Shown: positions 11,389 to 26,164, counted from the whole stretch's first letter. The stretch: DNA of 59,966 nucleotides, filler included, from Asterionella formosa (GCA_002256025.1; 7 parts of 7 records of this genome joined end to end with filler, not necessarily neighbours in it); one strand, 5' to 3'. Numbers and translations: made by a program. Notes: generated by a model not told the origin, from the sequence alone.

Positions 11389-12740
11389 TGCTACTATGGA
11401 TGATGATGATGATGATGATGATGGACAGCATGATGATATGATTAATTTGATGTGTACAGACAAACAAAAAGCACATATGTTCCTGTATTTGTGTCACTCA
11501 GCCAAGTAATAGACTGAATAACAAAATGTGGTGTTTGGTAGCATAGTACTACTGGTACCAGTATATTTACATGGCTACAGCCAGAAACAACATAGCTCCT
11601 GCAGAGGAGTACTCCAGTGGTGGTTGTGATTGGTGGCATCATTGTCCCTATGCATGAATATTTACACCATTTGTAGACCTATAATGGCTGCTGGCTTAGC
11701 TCAAGCTAATCAATATGAACTGTTTCTTACCTTTCAGCCATTGTGGAATGGAATTGATTGCAAACAGCAGCCAACCACATACACAAAACACAATAGTAAA
11801 GGTCCTGTGAAAGGTTCGTAAGCGAGATATTTAGCTTAATCTTTTCTTAAATACCAAACGTGTTTTACCAGTCCTTCCCCTGCTGGGGACGGAACCAGCT
11901 ATGATATTCATACCAGTCTACCGTACTCCTTCCTAATACCTGAGTACATATAACGCTGTTAGTGGTACTGGTACTTCGTCGTACCGGCGGTCTATTAACT
12001 ACGAAAAGATAGTGGTATGACTGAACGAGGATGCAAAGAAGTACATTACCATGGTACTATTGTACGATAAAAATGCCCTTACAACATACGATGGTCTTGT
12101 TTTCCATTATTAAGAAACGGGTTTCACCATAATACGAGGTACTATGATACAACGAACTGCCTTTACCGTTGGGGGGTGCCGGTGTCATGCTGCTTTGTAG
12201 CTGGCGACGTTCAAGACCATCCAGAAACGAAGATATGTATACCTTTCAACGGCAAAAGAGCGACGCGCGCCATGCCAACATCCGGTGTGATTGCAGTATT
12301 CTTAAACTTGACAAGAACAAACGAGATATATGCATCGCCTCTTTCATCAACGCTTTTTTAGCGAATCAGGGAGACTCTAAACATATGAGAGACCAACAGG
12401 TGTGACAATACGGAGCAACTTTCATCGTCGTTCTGGTGCTACCCCTGCATGAACCTTACTTCGCTACCAAAGCTGCCACGAAGTTAGGGCAGCCTCCATT
12501 CAATTCGAGTGCGACTGCTAGCGACGTTGTTCTTAATTAGCAACCAGGGCCCTTCCGCTTCGAAGAACATTATCTGTCGGAAGGAGTTCACGAAATCGCG
12601 AAAGCAAGCGAGCGAGCAACTCATATTTTCTGGAAAAAGCACGATTGAATGAACACCCTGTCGTTTGGTGCATGTATTCATTGATTCATCCTCTGAGACC
12701 GAAGTAGTCTCGACACAAGAGTGGTCGTGACGAGCAAGTC

Positions 12741-14722
<1,982 letters not shown>

Positions 14723-14910
14723 ACAGAATGACTGACAGATCCACGCGACCAGGATCAAGATTGTATCTTGATTCTGATCATGGAGCTGCTTTATGTACCT
14801 AGTGACATGGTTGGGAGATCAGAGTGTTTTGGAAACTACCTGATTTTCCATCATTGTTAAGAATGTAACGGCAATTTACAAGCTGAACTGTAGAAATCAC
14901 TCATTTCTTG

Positions 14911-16803
14911 CTAGTCACCACTGCACCAAACAACTGCTACCTTTTCGTAAATGGAATCGAATTTCCCACTAGCTCGTTTCTCTCGAATAAATCCAAGGTG
15001 AATGAGGTTATAGATGCCAAGACAAAACAAGGGCCACAACTCCTCATTATCTCGCTCGATGCCATAGTTTTCCCGGAATAAGACGAAGAGATCATTCCTT
15101 GAAATGGCAATCGAGTCTTTCATTAGGTCATAAAGTTGCGTTGCACTCTCAAGCAGGGAATCGGCAGAAATTTGATCAGGTGACAACAATTGGGTAGCTA
15201 CTATAGCTCGCAATTCAGGCAAGATTGCATCCGTGGTTCTAACATCCCCGTTAAACGGTAGCCCGCTTTGCAATTCTTTTCTCAATAGTGCCACCTGCTG
15301 ACAAATATCATGAATCAGGATTTCAAGGTCAAGAAGTGCATGTTTTGATACACTTTCTTCCTCTTTGAATTCGTTGTGCAAAAATATAGTCATATTTTCA
15401 AATCGATCAATATAGTTGTCGAGCTTTGTAGATATTGTCAAATCATGGTTTAGACCATCCATGGCTAATCCTATCCTTTTCAAAAGCTCTTTCGTTGTAC
15501 ATTCAGCAAGCTCAGACTTGATGAAATGACCATTGTCATGAAAAATTCCCCAACATGCTTCGTCCATAATTGCCATGGCATTGAACGATTGCTCTGTGTT
15601 CAACATACGATGTAAAACCTGGCCAAGAATCCTTTGTTCCTCACGCTTGTTTCTTATTTCTACCGCTTGCTCCAGCGTTTCCTGAAACTGCACTGCACTG
15701 TCGAATAACGCTTTTGCTTGCGGATCAATTCGAAACCAGGAAATTCGGTCCAATTCTTGTTTGACAAACTGAGGGCAGCTGTGTGTGGCTATCGCAAAGC
15801 TACCAGGCTGCAACAATGCATGGGCGACTGCTGCTTTGAGCATAAGAATAGACTTCACCAGAGACTGATGTTGGTTTGAAAATGAAGCCCGAATCGATCT
15901 CATCGTCGAGGGAGACACCCATAGTTCATTCGATACAATGGACCACACCAGAGCCATCCATTCATCGGATGGAAGCAAGGAGAAGAAAGCCAAGGACAGA
16001 CCAGATGGTCCCTGCGTTGACGACCGGAGCGGTAAACATTGAGAGGGAGAAAATAAAACGATGTAAATTGGGAGTCCATGGATGGCACGAAGCTCAGAGA
16101 GGTGGTGCAGAAATCCCTGCAAGGCTGGCATGCGTTCGACAAGTTCCAAGAACACGACAATCGAATCAAATTCGTTAGTTTTCCGGGCCCATTTGAGCAG
16201 CGCGTCCTGGCGTTTTAGAAGTTTATAGAAAGCGATTGGTTCAGATTCTTGATGAATGCACTGCATTAGAATTTCGTGAAGGAGTGGAGCACAATCGTTC
16301 CGACCGGCGACAGCCTGCCCGAGGTTTGAAATCCGGCAAATTGCAGGGGAAGTATCAACGTCCTTTTGGGTTCGAAAAGTGTCCACTAGAAATCCCATGA
16401 TTTCTTGGCGGTCAAGAATAGAAGAGGGTCCATTGAGAATTGCGACTGGTAGTTGATATGGGTCGCTTGGGTAGGAAGATAAATTGCCATTGGTCCCTAT
16501 GTGATCGTGAAAAGCAACTCTGTTTGGTTGGTTGCATCTGAGCGAGGAAACATCGTGATTGGAAAAGAACGTTTTGAGGCTGGTGACAACTTTCGATAGC
16601 TTCTCTTTCAAAGTCATCTCGACTGCATTATCGATCATTGACGCAATGGATTGATATGCTCGCGTTCGCAAATAAGCTTCCTCTTGCTCCAGCGTCAACC
16701 CTTCTTGATTGACATTTGTGCGCTTGCTGTGTCCCTTCTTTCCGTCACCTTCCTTCCGTATAGAAGCCCATGAAGGGATTGATGAGTGAGTGCGCCGAGA
16801 CAT
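14911..16803 (-). CDS. ORC3: Origin recognition complex subunit 3-like protein (divergent)
   Basis: QLPVAIL...DRQEIM and SIVVFLE...LQGFL...GLPIYIVLF resemble the ORC3 N-domain. The C-terminal winged-helix-like ATQLYDLM...F.LGIYNLIHLGFIRE...KVAVVW resembles the ORC3 C-terminus. Confidence 0.65.
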   Translation of the reverse strand: MSRRTHSSIPSWASIRKEGDGKKGHSKRTNVNQEGLTLEQEEAYLRTRAYQSIASMIDNAVEMTLKEKLSKVVTSLKTFFSNHDVSSLRCNQPNRVAFHDHIGTNGNLSSYPSDPYQLPVAILNGPSSILDRQEIMGFLVDTFRTQKDVDTSPAICRISNLGQAVAGRNDCAPLLHEILMQCIHQESEPIAFYKLLKRQDALLKWARKTNEFDSIVVFLELVERMPALQGFLHHLSELRAIHGLPIYIVLFSPSQCLPLRSSTQGPSGLSLAFFSLLPSDEWMALVWSIVSNELWVSPSTMRSIRASFSNQHQSLVKSILMLKAAVAHALLQPGSFAIATHSCPQFVKQELDRISWFRIDPQAKALFDSAVQFQETLEQAVEIRNKREEQRILGQVLHRMLNTEQSFNAMAIMDEACWGIFHDNGHFIKSELAECTTKELLKRIGLAMDGLNHDLTISTKLDNYIDRFENMTIFLHNEFKEEESVSKHALLDLEILIHDICQQVALLRKELQSGLPFNGDVRTTDAILPELRAIVATQLLSPDQISADSLLESATQLYDLMKDSIAISRNDLFVLFRENYGIERDNEELWPLFCLGIYNLIHLGFIREKRASGKFDSIYEKVAVVWCSGD

Positions 16804-17203
16804 AAATGTTGCTGACCAAAGGTGCTTGACGTTGTTGATTTGGTGCAACGAAGCCCATTGTCATTGGCCTTTGCAGGGTTGAAAACGTTCCAAAAATCAT
16901 GATGAGGTTATTTTATGCTATGTAGAGTATAAGTATACCCCGACATATAACATATTAGATAATAATACATAGTATAAGTTGAAACACATAGAGATTCCTG
17001 ATTCCTGATCAGGTTATGAGTGTCAATATATTTCGCCTCTAGTGACCTGATTAGGAACATGTACCACAATCCACTAGATGATTGATTCAAGATCAAATGG
17101 TTANNNNNNNNNNNNNNNNNNNNNNNNNNNNNNNNNNNNNNNNNNNNTTAATTAATTAANNNNNNNNNNNNNNNNNNNNNNNNNNNNNNNNNNNNNNNNN
17201 NNN

Positions 17204-18314
17204 TGAATGCTGCAACTCGATCGAAAATGGAAGTTCGTTCAAAAGCTACTTGGTCACTGCATTTTCCCGGTGCAATTACACCAAAATAAATAAATCTTGA
17301 GTCAGCATCACAAACAGCCTGGACATTGATTCCATAAGTCATGTAGTGACCGGAAAAAAATGAACCAGGGTTGTTGCCACTTTCAACTATAGTCGGGCGG
17401 TTGATGGTGGCTAGGAAGCCGTCAATAGCACCAACACATCCTCTCATCATGCCCTCTGAGCTTTTGCATTCAAAGCTGGAAGCCAATTTGATAAATTCTT
17501 CTTTTTCTTTTGGAAAAACAATTTCGAGTTCTCCACAGTTTAGTACAGCATCAATGAACAAATCACGACATCGATAAAGTGAAGCAATGCTACAGCCGTC
17601 GGCATGACGAATGTCGATGTAACTGCCACCAGCCAGCCATCGCAAACCAATGGCTACCACAATTTCGGGAATTATGGGCTCAGAAGTGCCACATTTGGAA
17701 TAATTCCCTGCAATCTGAATTTCCAGCATGGAGGTGAGTTTTTTGAATGCTCTGTGTGACATTCTGTATGTCTTCTCGAAAGCAATCTCGTAATTGAGTT
17801 TCTCGACATGTGATTGCCAGGAGATTCTTTCGTGGTGCCACTTGTGCCTTCGTTGTCGTCGTCGTTCAGATGACTGAAGCTGCCGTTTACAGCGTCGCCT
17901 TTGTTGTTTGGATGAGTGTTCTTTTTCCTCTGCTTCCTTAGCTAAATGACAGAGGAAGAAGAAATCAAGATCACTACTGTCATCGTCATTATCATCAAGT
18001 AAATCAAATGGCGACGACATGATTCATGCAAATGTGTGTTTTTAATATTATATTTAGTTTCCCGGTAATTATATTTTGTTGTTGCTTGATATCAAGACCA
18101 TCATTATATTCCGGAGGGATATACACATGATCTTCGCCAGCCAGTTGCCGTTGAAGATTCATGTTACTCCATGATACAATGTGATCACAAATTAGTGATA
18201 CAGTGACACTTTTGGAATGAATGAAATTCAGTTCAAATCGAGTTACCGTTGCTGATACATTTTCAAAAAAATTCAAATTCCGTGATACACGAAAAAAAAT
18301 GATAAGAACGACCC
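17204..18314 (-). mobile_element. PIF/Harbinger DNA transposon 5' part; transposase ORF 18020-17204 is truncated by the contig end
   Basis: Contains FEKTYRMSHRAFKKL, IGLRWLAGGSYIDI, GCVGAIDG and YGINVQAVCDADSRF (DDE_Tnp_4/HARBI1-like). A putative terminus TCA|GGGTCGTTCTTATC lies at 18314, with several subterminal TGATAC motifs. Confidence 0.88.
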
Positions 18315-19944
18315 TGAGTAAAATCAATCTTGCCTCTGTACCGGTACATTGAGGGCTACCGTACTGGACAACGGGGTTTACGGGGTAATGGTCCTTTGAG
18401 GACATTATACATACGTTTTGGATTCCTGTACAAGTTATAAACTCCCAGGATATCCGATGCTTGGTGTATTTGGTACTGGTACTACACCAGATACACAGTA
18501 AAGAAGATAGTACCCGTGGTATGATTCGATCTTCGTTTTATCACCATAAATCATCTATTATACCGGTGGCTAAATACATACCGGTATATAGCAGGCAGAA
18601 ACTATGGAATTACCCCTGAAATTGCAATTTGTAATGGATGGCATGCTGGAACGGCAACATGTTGTACTTCAAACTAGATGCAACTAATGGGGCAATTGAT
18701 TTTGGTGGTAAAAAGAATTCTAAGTTCTTCGCAGTGTTTTATCGCTAAATTAATATCGTTTCATTGCTGCAATCTGGTGGAGAAAGGAAATGGGGGGGGG
18801 GGTTGATCGGAAATCGATTTCCTTCATTTCCCTGCCAATCCTGGTCACATTTCAAATTTAAGCTAATGTAGCTATATATGGTGAGCTTAAGTTTGATATG
18901 TGACCAGGATTGGCTGAAAGATGAAGAAGTTGAAAATTGCGAAGTAACAATAATATATTTTTCGGACTTCTAGATATGTATGCATGTTTTGACATAAAAA
19001 CAGCATGTACAAGTAGTTTCATCGCAATGAAGCTAAACATACATACAAAGGATTGCTGCAATGATGAGCTTGATTCAAGCAACAATTACTCTACTGCTAA
19101 CTGGGATGTTTTGCTCTGCTTTTCCACAGTGCTGTTGACCTCGAATAAAATTAATGTCATGCCATGAGTGCTATAGATCAGTACTCCATCTTTGGTCGAG
19201 GATGCACGCCGCCCCTTCGTGAATCTTTCATAGAATGGACGTGTTTCCTGATATGTCATAATGTAATTGTAAGAATGTCATAGCAGGAGGCATGGGAAAG
19301 TCAGACCTCGCTGCTATTTTTCCAAATATCTTGCGAACACGTGCAACATGTTTGTCAAGAATATTAGCTCGAGTCACAAGGATTGTGGACTCGATTGTAA
19401 TCCAATGAGTTCGAATATTGCATTGCCATGTCAATAGGATATCAAACAAGATCAAAGATTGAAGATTTCTATGGAAAAATGTTAAGTTGAAAGTCGAGGA
19501 GAGTTTTAGAGCGACTTTGTGGGAAGCAAAGATGCATGGAAAGAAAACATGTAGTTTCGCTTAGTATAATTTAATTTAAGTTTAGATTATCAAGGGGGGG
19601 AAATATAATTTTATAGTGCCTTAAATCTCAATATCTAATCGCACTTGGGCCTTAGAGACACGATTGAAACAACTAGGCGAGTGCATGCCTCAAATGCACC
19701 GTTGGCCTACGACCCTCTAATCTCTCTATCTTGTGGGTGAGGCAAAGCCAAGGTCAGTGCCCACGATAAACAACAACCAACAAGCACAATGATACCAAAA
19801 GATCTCATTGCCAAGAACCAAAACAACAAGGCATAATGATAATACATCTACGAATTCATACTGAAATAAATTTTTGGCATGAAACACACCAAAAAGGGAA
19901 GTCAACCCCAAAGTCATTGGAACGATTGCTAGATCATAGTATCA

Positions 19945-20490
19945 TTGAAAGTTTTATTGTTGGTTGGAGCCAGGCTCAATGAAAAAGTTGTCATTGTTGG
20001 AAGCTACAAAAACAACCAATCTGAAAAAGGAGTTGTTACTTGTACCATTATGATTTTCCAGCGAGTTATTCACCCAACTGCAATGGTAAAACCCCAAATA
20101 TCGATTTTTTTGTCCTAAAGTTGTAGAAAGCAGTTACAAACCAGCCCAGCATCAAACTTAATAAAATAAATGCATTCTCTAGTGAAGGCGACAATCTTGT
20201 TGTTGTTGGACTTGGTGCATTAATGGAACGTGGAGAAACCGCCCCTCAATTTTTGCAGCCGATTACAGTGAAATATGTGGACTATGATGCCATCATATAT
20301 GCAACAGCCAATACAATGAAAAAATCGATGATGCCACAATATTGTGTGCTGGTCTGTTAGCGGTGCAGGAAAGGACTCTTGATGTCAAGGCGACTCTGGT
20401 GCTGGACCCAGCCATCATCGACATTAAGAATGGTGAGCATGTACAAGTTGTGATTGTTTCTTGGGGTAATGGGTGTGTGCCATGATAACA
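19945..20490 (+). pseudogene. Trypsin-like (S1) serine protease pseudogene
   Basis: Fragments across frames read FIVGWSQA, RVIHP, IDFFVLKL*K, LVVVGLG...FLQ, ICNSQY...TILCAG, GKDS*CQGDSG and VIVSWGNGC. There are stops and frameshifts, and the catalytic His region is missing. Confidence 0.85.
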
Positions 20491-21265
20491 TCATAAAATG
20501 GAGCAAACTTCCGTGGTTCTGGCGAAATTGCTTAGATATCAACTCTGCAACCTACACCAGTGTCCTCTCCAATGAATACAGAAAACATTTATAGAAAATT
20601 CCGCACCATATTCCAGTCCTCCTAGTACAGCCCTGTAACATCTCAAGCAACAAGAACTGGAGCCTTCAACAGTCCTACTAGTACTGGGGGAGGAAGCAAT
20701 CTTATAACCTCTCCAACTAGTATAGGAGATTTCAGCAGTCCCACTAATGTTGGGAATTCCGGTTGCCAACTCAGTAACATGTCTCTCTCTCTCTGAAACA
20801 CTTTAAATAATATTCGTGCTGCTGGCAGAATGAATTAGCAAAGGTGGCTCTACCTGTGGATGGACAAAGGGAATACAGGAAATAAACATTTAGCCTTCAT
20901 ATGAAATGAAAAGACTGACTACACTATTTTTAAGGAGTTCAGTGTAAACCATCATTTTTTGTACAATGGGTGGACTTGTTCTGTTCAGTAGTATTGTAAC
21001 TGCGACTTGCTAAGTAGATGAAGTTCAAAATAATCAGGAGAAAGAAATATTGAAACTTTCACAAGTCATTACCATGCCATCAGATATGTACCAGCAACAA
21101 GAATGAATGCTCCAAAGTAGACTTTACTCTAAGGAGGATTTGCGCTTTGGAACATAACATCAGTACCAGTAGTAGCCCAAGAGAAGTTGAAATAGTGTAA
21201 TATGACTTAAATTATACACACATTGATAGTTTCTACTGAGCTCATGATTTCTACAAGTAAGAGCC

Positions 21266-21808
21266 CTAGACCTGCTCTGTTTCGGCAAAATCTTCTTTGG
21301 CATTCTGAATCGCCTCCTGCACATTCCAATTGTTCAATTCCAAGTAGGCCTTTGCTTCTGATCGAGCCATTCCTGGAATGCTGGATCTAAGGAGCAAAAT
21401 CTTTTCATCTCGAGTGGGCACAATGTGTTGCTGAGTGACTTCGGCTTGATCACCGGGAATAGTCAAGACATGTGGAGCCAACAACAAGTTGGTACCACTA
21501 AAGCCATTGGCCTGTCGCAATTGCGTAGGTGTTACCTTGTACTTTAAGCAAAGGCCTTGAAAGGTATCCGTCGGTTGCACAATGTGTCTGGTGCACCCTC
21601 CCGCTACGGTGTCGTCACCTTGAGCAACAATGGCACGTTCTTCCTTGGCACACAAGGTCCATTCCTTGGAAGTCGTGTCTTGTACCCAATGGTAGCCTTT
21701 TGGAGGAGGCGGCAACGACATGTTCTTGTAGGAGGTTACTGGTCCGCGATGGGTGTCAGGCTTTTTACAACCCACACCCCCGTGGCGGTACAATTCGGAT
21801 AAGCTCAT
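21266..21808 (-). CDS. LysM-domain protein with C-terminal UBA-like helices
   Basis: LysM motif HIVQPTDTFQGLCLKYKVTPTQLRQAN...LTIP, followed by UBA-like SEAKAYLELNNWNVQEAI. Confidence 0.85.
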   Translation of the reverse strand: MSLSELYRHGGVGCKKPDTHRGPVTSYKNMSLPPPPKGYHWVQDTTSKEWTLCAKEERAIVAQGDDTVAGGCTRHIVQPTDTFQGLCLKYKVTPTQLRQANGFSGTNLLLAPHVLTIPGDQAEVTQQHIVPTRDEKILLLRSSIPGMARSEAKAYLELNNWNVQEAIQNAKEDFAETEQV

Positions 21809-23169
21809 GATGAATGCTATATATACTGTTGTAGGTAGTAGTGCTGGTAGTCTACTTTATGTTGTTTGATGATGAAGGTTGCTTCGTAACAGAGGACTAC
21901 CCGTAAAACGGCTTTTTCTATAATGGCTGGGGGTTCGTGGCTTTTGATACGACCAAAGCAACGGGAAAAAAGATCATCAGAATTCTTGATTTCTCGTGAT
22001 GATTGTCACAAATCTTGTCCGGTAAAGCAAACAACACGGGTTTAGGTAACATACGAGCATGCACATACCAAATGCATGTACCAACTAATACGGCGCCAGG
22101 TACCAGGTACCTGGTACAATCCTGGAAAGTCTTTGTATTATATATTTATATATACATCATGTTGCAGTACGAATATATCATAAGAGAGATTGAGGCTGGC
22201 CAGACATGCAAGATTTTATAAATGAATAGCAACAAAAAAGATGGATATCAAAAATCACTTGAAATCATTTCTGGCAGCTCCTCCCTAATCAAGCCACACA
22301 AAACTCCTACTATGAACAGCAGTTGCTTGCAAAAGAAATTGATAAGAAGGCCATCTTAAGAACAACATCACTTCTTGTCACGCGCTCATTGTTGTCTGAT
22401 TGTTCATCAAGAAGTTTTCTGAGGTTTGTCATTGCAATCACGCCGATCTCTGCAAGACTCTATGATATACTGACTTGAGAAACATAAAAGTTTGACTGTT
22501 TCATTGAAATCCTTCATCACCAATGTAACATTGCTTCCAATCTAACAATTAAACTTGGCTGACCTTTAGAAGCAAACTAAAAAAATTCCCAACAACAAGC
22601 AACCTGTCAACTTTGTTTCCTACATACAGTGCATGCCATTGCCACTACACAAGGACAAAGTAATAGACAGCACCATCATGCTGCTGTGTTTTCATTGTTG
22701 ACAAATGGATTTTCTTCACCTCCTAGCTAGCTAGCTAGCTACTCCATTCACGTCTTCCTCAAATACTGGCCGAGATGATGATGATGATGATGATGATGCA
22801 GCCACCTCAAGAACAAGAACTGGGCGATGGTACATATAAAGTGCTGTATAAATTCTTTCACAAGCCCTCAGAAAATGAATCCAGGTAGAATGATAATCCT
22901 TTGTTCTCTCTTGGTTGAACATCACGAAAATATTCTTAATGTCGTGATTACCAACTACAATACTCCTGTCGATTTGAGAAATAATTACAAGAGAAGCACC
23001 GCCCAACAAAGGGACCATCCAATTTAAATCTAGATGAATGCTCAAATTTACTCTGAAAACCTTCTGCGTGAAACTACATGGGAAGAATTGAATGAATTGC
23101 ATGACTGTGATGAAGTTGAAATGTGCACTGCTTCATTGAAGATGGTGCATAGTAGAAATGTAGTATCTG

Positions 23170-23234
23170 AAATTGCGGGAATCGAACCCGCCACCTCAAG
23201 AGCGAGGTGAGCTAACAACTCTGCTATTCCCCCA
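23170..23234 (-). repeat. tRNA-Ala-derived pseudogene or SINE head
   Basis: Reads GGGGGAATAGCAGAGTTGTTAGCTCACCTCGCTCTTGAGGTGGCGGGTTCGATTCCCGCAATTT. It has an A-box, a good B-box/T-arm and a collapsed anticodon arm. Confidence 0.65.
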
Positions 23235-23438
23235 CAACCAGCAGCTGCTTACAGTAATGACTGTACATTTGTGTCAAAAATGCAATAAGTAAAATGTTAG
23301 TATGTAGGGCAATGTAGCTATACTTTTACATCGATAACAAGATATATCGTCAAGAACATCGTTATTTGCGCATGATGTTCCTGGTGGAACACCCTTACCA
23401 GTCAGTCCCAGTAGCTAGTTGTAACAATATCATGCCAA

Positions 23439-23507
23439 TGGGGGAATGGATTAATTGATTGGTTAGCGCACCTCAGGAGGTGGCGGGTTTGATTCCTGTA
23501 TTCTCCA
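23439..23507 (+). repeat. tRNA-Ala-derived pseudogene or SINE head (second copy, opposite orientation)
   Basis: Reads GGGGAAT...GGTTAGCGCACCTCAGGAGGTGGCGGGTTTGATTCCTGTATTCTCCA. The acceptor stem GGGGAAT/ATTCTCC contains the G3:U70 pair. Confidence 0.6.
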
Positions 23508-25239
23508 CTTGTCTTTCTTTTACAAAGTCCCTAGGTTTCTTGGGGGGGGGGAGGGGTCGACAAAAAGACAGATCCCGTTGTACTGTCAAGGCGAATAAAA
23601 CCGGTAATAAAAATGTTCCATTCAAGTGGAAACGAGTGCGATTATTGGATACCTTTAACATACTATAAAAATGTAATTCACATTTTTTTTAACAATATCA
23701 TTTCAAGGCTGATACAGCTATCATCATTGTAAGCCGATAAATCATTTTGTTGTTTTCAGCCAATGATGTTGTAGATTATGGCTACTTAATGTAGTAGGGT
23801 GTGTGTATGAAAATCCTTTTGATCCAGCAAGAAATCATGGAGATATTGTTGCTACAGTTGAGCACCATTTTGTTACTACTGATTTTCTATTTAAGGTATC
23901 TATTTTGCAATGAAGCAATATCAAGCAATGGCAACAATTTCTTCAATACCTACTTCTAGTTACAATAGTATTCTAACTAATTAACAAGCAATAAAAGTGT
24001 TGAGCAGTTGTTATAAAAATTTCAATATTAATAATCATTTTGCCATAATTGTCAGTTATAATGAGCAAGCAATGGTAATGGAAAATTATGTTCGATTCAT
24101 TGTCTAGAAAATACTGGAGATTTTTGGAATAAGGAATGGATCTTGAAGAAATGCAGACTTGAGATTACAGGAAATCCCCCATCATCATAGCAAGGTTTGA
24201 GAAACTCGTTTTTTCAGATAAACATTGCTTAAATTTGATATTGACGTTTTGAAATTATTTGGGCCAGCAGTCACTAGTCAAGAATGAGGGAAACTCAAGT
24301 TGGTTGTGACAAAACTGTCAGAATTGCCCTGGAACTCATATAGAAAATCTAGCGTGGTACGTCGTCCCATCGGTACCTACCAGGGTATTATTCTAAAACT
24401 GCGAGCATGGCATGATTGTGCTGTACATAGTTGGTAAGTTGGTATCTCCGGAACCTTGTACCAGGTACCAGGTACCAGCAGGACCTGGTAGTTCATTCCT
24501 GATGATGTCAGTCCTGGATCGCAACTACCAGCACCAGGGAGGAGTTGATATCTACATATACCTTCTGATGTGCGTTTCAACGTCATGATATCATGCATAT
24601 CAATTCTTCATCAGCCATGATGCTTTTGATATGAATGGCATCCACTTATATAACATACTCCACCACATGCCGCTTGGTTTATGCCTTGTAACGTTTGTGG
24701 TGAAAATTGTGTAGATTTCGTACAAAAAGTGCCTACTTGTTGTCGAACGCATCATGTGTTCGCTGGTTTACTATATACTGTTCATATACTATATTTGAAG
24801 TATGTTTATTTACTTCCTGCGACGCTCTAACAGCATGCTCAGTAACACCTTGTGCTCCATCATGCATGATTTTTCGAACCACACATACCATGACGTAAAC
24901 TGTGTTTAATGCGAACAAAAAAGCAAGTTATTTTTGTTATTTACTCTGTCATTTTCCAAACAACACATCCTCTGCATTATTAGACAAACCCCCATCATCG
25001 CTCGTATTACATACACATCACCTACATAGAGGTACTCTAAGTAATCCATCCCACAAATCACAGCGAACTCATTCACATTGCTTGTACATGGTAAAACCCA
25101 TAATTGATACATTTTACTCTTACATTCCGCACTGAACAGAGGCTCAATAATATCGACTGCTCGAATCAAGTGTCATTTGCAACATAATCTCACTTAATAC
25201 GACTAACATAATACGGAGCACGACGTATATATAGTCAAG

Positions 25240-25700
25240 ATGGACCCATCCACTCAACACCATGATGACGAGGAGGATGACGGCGACGACGACGACGACG
25301 ACGAAGAAGAAGGATCTGACACACTCCACACTACGCTGAATAGCGGAAACAACCACCATACCAAGTTGTCTGGAAAGCGAACATCTCGAGGAGATGACGA
25401 TGAAGGTGATTTATCCCGTTCAGAACGCAAACGAAATCGCGAAAAGAATCGCAGGAATGCATTGAATCATCGACTAGAATCTTTGGCTACCTTGTTGTTT
25501 AAAATTGATCCATCTCTTAAAGCGGGTGCTAAATGTATCACTCCTTCCAACAGTAGCAGCAACAGCAGCAACAGCAACAGCATGGATCAAACCATTATGA
25601 ATCGAGTTAGTCTCATTCAATCGGCAGTTCAAACACTGGAGCGGATTTATAATGAAAATGAGGAACGAAAATTGATCATTAGAGACTTGACTAATGGTGG
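25240..25700 (+). CDS. bHLH transcription factor (3' end cut by spacer)
   Basis: Acidic N-terminus, basic region and helix 1 LSRSERKRNREKNRRNALNHRLESLATLL, an S/N-rich loop, then helix 2 MNRVSLIQSAVQTLERI. Confidence 0.8.
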
Positions 25701-26164
25701 NNNNNNNNNNNNNNNNNNNNNNNNNNNNNNNNNNNNNNNNNNNNTTAATTAATTAANNNNNNNNNNNNNNNNNNNNNNNNNNNNNNNNNNNNNNNNNNNN
25801 TATTCAGATAATATATAGATATATTCAAGTAAGCATTTTGATGTATTCAACTAATTCATGTGATCCATTCAAAATCAACTAGGCTTATTTACGTGATGGT
25901 CACTTCACGTAATACGCGGCTTAGATGCAAGACTCGACTAGAAAAAATAATCGGCCCCAGTCAAGCTTGGCCTGGTGCATACTTCAAGCATCACACCCTT
26001 ACTCTCCCCTCTTCACAGCCCCTATGTGACACTCCCTCTTCCATCACCGCCCCTCTTCCTAATACCTCAAATCTCCCTGCATACCCTACATTCTCTGAAT
26101 TTCACCAAAAATCCTTTCACTTTCTCATCATGGCTTCCTACATTTCAACCTGGCCATCATTGCC

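Noticed and set aside
11399..11422. (GAT)n tracts here and at ~22773-22798
   Set aside because: Ordinary microsatellites.
22280..23110. Ankyrin-repeat pseudogene
   Set aside because: Only faint fragments are visible and no convincing motif could be assembled.
23170..23507. Functional tRNA genes
   Set aside because: The anticodon arm is collapsed and the D or acceptor arms are degenerate.
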